Source of the DNA: a candidate division FCPU426 bacterium | GTDB lineage: Bacteria > Oederibacteriota > Muellerivitia > Muellerivitales > Muellerivitaceae | Reading direction: 5' to 3' | DNA length: 14,984 nucleotides | Assembly: GCA_963849245.1 (NCBI GenBank) | Contig: CAWKIY010000061.1 | Location: forward strand, 1-14,984 | In this document: piece by piece, positions 13,865-14,984 of the stretch | Numbering within the stretch: the first letter of the stretch is position 1 | Layout of the letters: each line of letters starts with the position of its first letter | Notes under the pieces: model-generated | Databases searched by the model: none | What the model was told of the DNA's origin: nothing | The model's input: the letters and a program-made list of their open reading frames with translations, nothing else | Made by a program: the position numbers and the translations under genes

Positions 13865-14968
13865 TTATTTCGAGTGCCAGGCCTTAAAAGTCGCCATGAA
13901 TTCCAAAAGCTGGTCCACGTCCTCTTGGGTGACGGAATTATACAAGGAAGCCCTGATCCCGCCCAGGGAGCGGTGGCCTTCCAAACCGTAAAATCCAGCG
14001 GCGTTGGCTTCTTCCAGAAAAGTTTTTTCCAGTTCGGGGCTTGGCAGGTGAAAAGTGACGTTCATGCGGGAGCGGTCTTTTTTAACCGCGTGGGCGATGA
14101 AAAACTTTGGATGTCGGTCCAGAAATTGGTAAAGGGCCTGAGCTTTTTTTTCGTTCAAGGCTTTCATTTCGTCCAAACCGCCGATAGTGTTCCTCAACCA
14201 GCGGGCAACCAGCAGAGTGACGTAAATGGAGAAAACCGGAGGAGTGTTGTAGACCGAACCCATTTCCACATGGTTGCGGTAATCCAGCATGCTGTGAACA
14301 TTGTCGGGAGCGGTTTTTAAGAGATTCTTTTTGAGGATGACCAGGGTGAGGCCTGAGGGTCCCAGATTTTTCTGGGCATGAGCGTAAATAAGACTGTAGT
14401 CGAGAATATCAAAAGGATGACTTAAAAAGTCGGAGGACATGTCGCAGATACGAGGTACCTCGCCGAGTCCCGGAAGGTAATTGAATTGAAGGCCTTCCAC
14501 GGTTTCATTGGAGACGTAATGCAAATAGGCCGCTTCGGGATCGTGGGTGAGTTCCCTTTTTTCCGGCAACCGCGTGAAACGCTGGGCCTCGCCGTCATAA
14601 AGAACACGGACTTGACCCTCCCGGCGGGCGTCTGGAATGGATTTGGCGCTCCAATACCCGGTTTTTAGGTACTCGGCGGTCTTTTTCTTGCCGCGAAGAA
14701 GGAGAATGGGAACCATAGAAAACTGAAGACTGCTGCCGCCTTGAAGCTGGAGGATATGGTAGTTCGGAGGAATTTGGAGAAGCGCCCGGAAGTGATCCTC
14801 AGATTCCCGGAGAATTTCATTGAAATAATCGGATCGGTGGCTGACGCCCAGGATGGACTGGTTCGTGCCGGGGGCCCGCAGGATGGCTTCACTGGCTTCC
14901 AACAAAACCTGTTCGGGTAAGGCCCCGGGTCCACCTGAAAAATTAAGACGCGCGTCGCCTGCCATCAC
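13865..14968 (-). CDS. serC: Phosphoserine aminotransferase
   Basis: A 367-aa ORF with full-length colinearity to SerC. Matching motifs are LNFSGGPGALPEQVL, SHRSDYF, HAQKNLGPSGLTLVI, YNTPPVFSIY, RSRMNVTF and GHRSLGGIRASLYNS. Confidence 0.88.
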   Translation of the reverse strand: MMAGDARLNFSGGPGALPEQVLLEASEAILRAPGTNQSILGVSHRSDYFNEILRESEDHFRALLQIPPNYHILQLQGGSSLQFSMVPILLLRGKKKTAEYLKTGYWSAKSIPDARREGQVRVLYDGEAQRFTRLPEKRELTHDPEAAYLHYVSNETVEGLQFNYLPGLGEVPRICDMSSDFLSHPFDILDYSLIYAHAQKNLGPSGLTLVILKKNLLKTAPDNVHSMLDYRNHVEMGSVYNTPPVFSIYVTLLVARWLRNTIGGLDEMKALNEKKAQALYQFLDRHPKFFIAHAVKKDRSRMNVTFHLPSPELEKTFLEEANAAGFYGLEGHRSLGGIRASLYNSVTQEDVDQLLEFMATFKAWHSK

Positions 14969-14984
14969 CAGTCCTTGGATTTCC

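Noticed and set aside
1-14984. CRISPR arrays, tRNA/rRNA genes, IS elements or integrase genes
   Set aside because: I saw no short regularly spaced direct repeats, no cloverleaf-compatible GC-rich 70-90-nt segments and no DDE or tyrosine recombinase motifs in any frame.

Overview
The window is 14,984 bp of bacterial chromosome from a Gram-negative-type organism. A GT9 LPS heptosyltransferase and serC are present. Most genes look GC-rich by eye; I did not compute GC. I recognised no rRNA, tRNA, CRISPR array, transposase or integrase. In order, the window holds the following. (1) 1-329: the 3' end of a PDZ-like gene truncated by the window edge. (2) About 330-1640: a visibly AT-rich islet with an ORF6N/KilA-N-like gene (661-1203), a possible small membrane ORF, a 31-bp perfect palindrome (453-483) and an AT hairpin at its right edge. 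(3) 1641-2390 (-): a secreted protein with a Pro/Thr-rich linker and Gly-zipper-like segments. (4) 2731-4794 (+): a 687-aa secreted two-domain protein with an unknown N-terminal domain and a beta-lactamase-fold serine hydrolase domain. (5) 5019-8313 (-): a glycan-biosynthesis cluster of a GT9 heptosyltransferase and two tandem paralogous GT-A-like transferases that overlap by ATGA. (6) 8531-12882 (+): a five-gene operon, the most interesting part of the window. Its genes are a band-7/SPFH membrane protein, an Arc-type ribbon-helix-helix protein 1 bp downstream, a 691-aa flotillin-like protein with 4-5 internal ~74-aa tandem repeats, and two small paralogous proteins. The operon has a sigma70-like promoter embedded in operator-like repeats and ends in a strong rho-independent terminator. 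(7) 12943-14968 (-): a TupA-like ATP-grasp amidoligase gene 4 bp downstream of serC. All family assignments are from motif recognition by eye and need HMM or BLAST confirmation.
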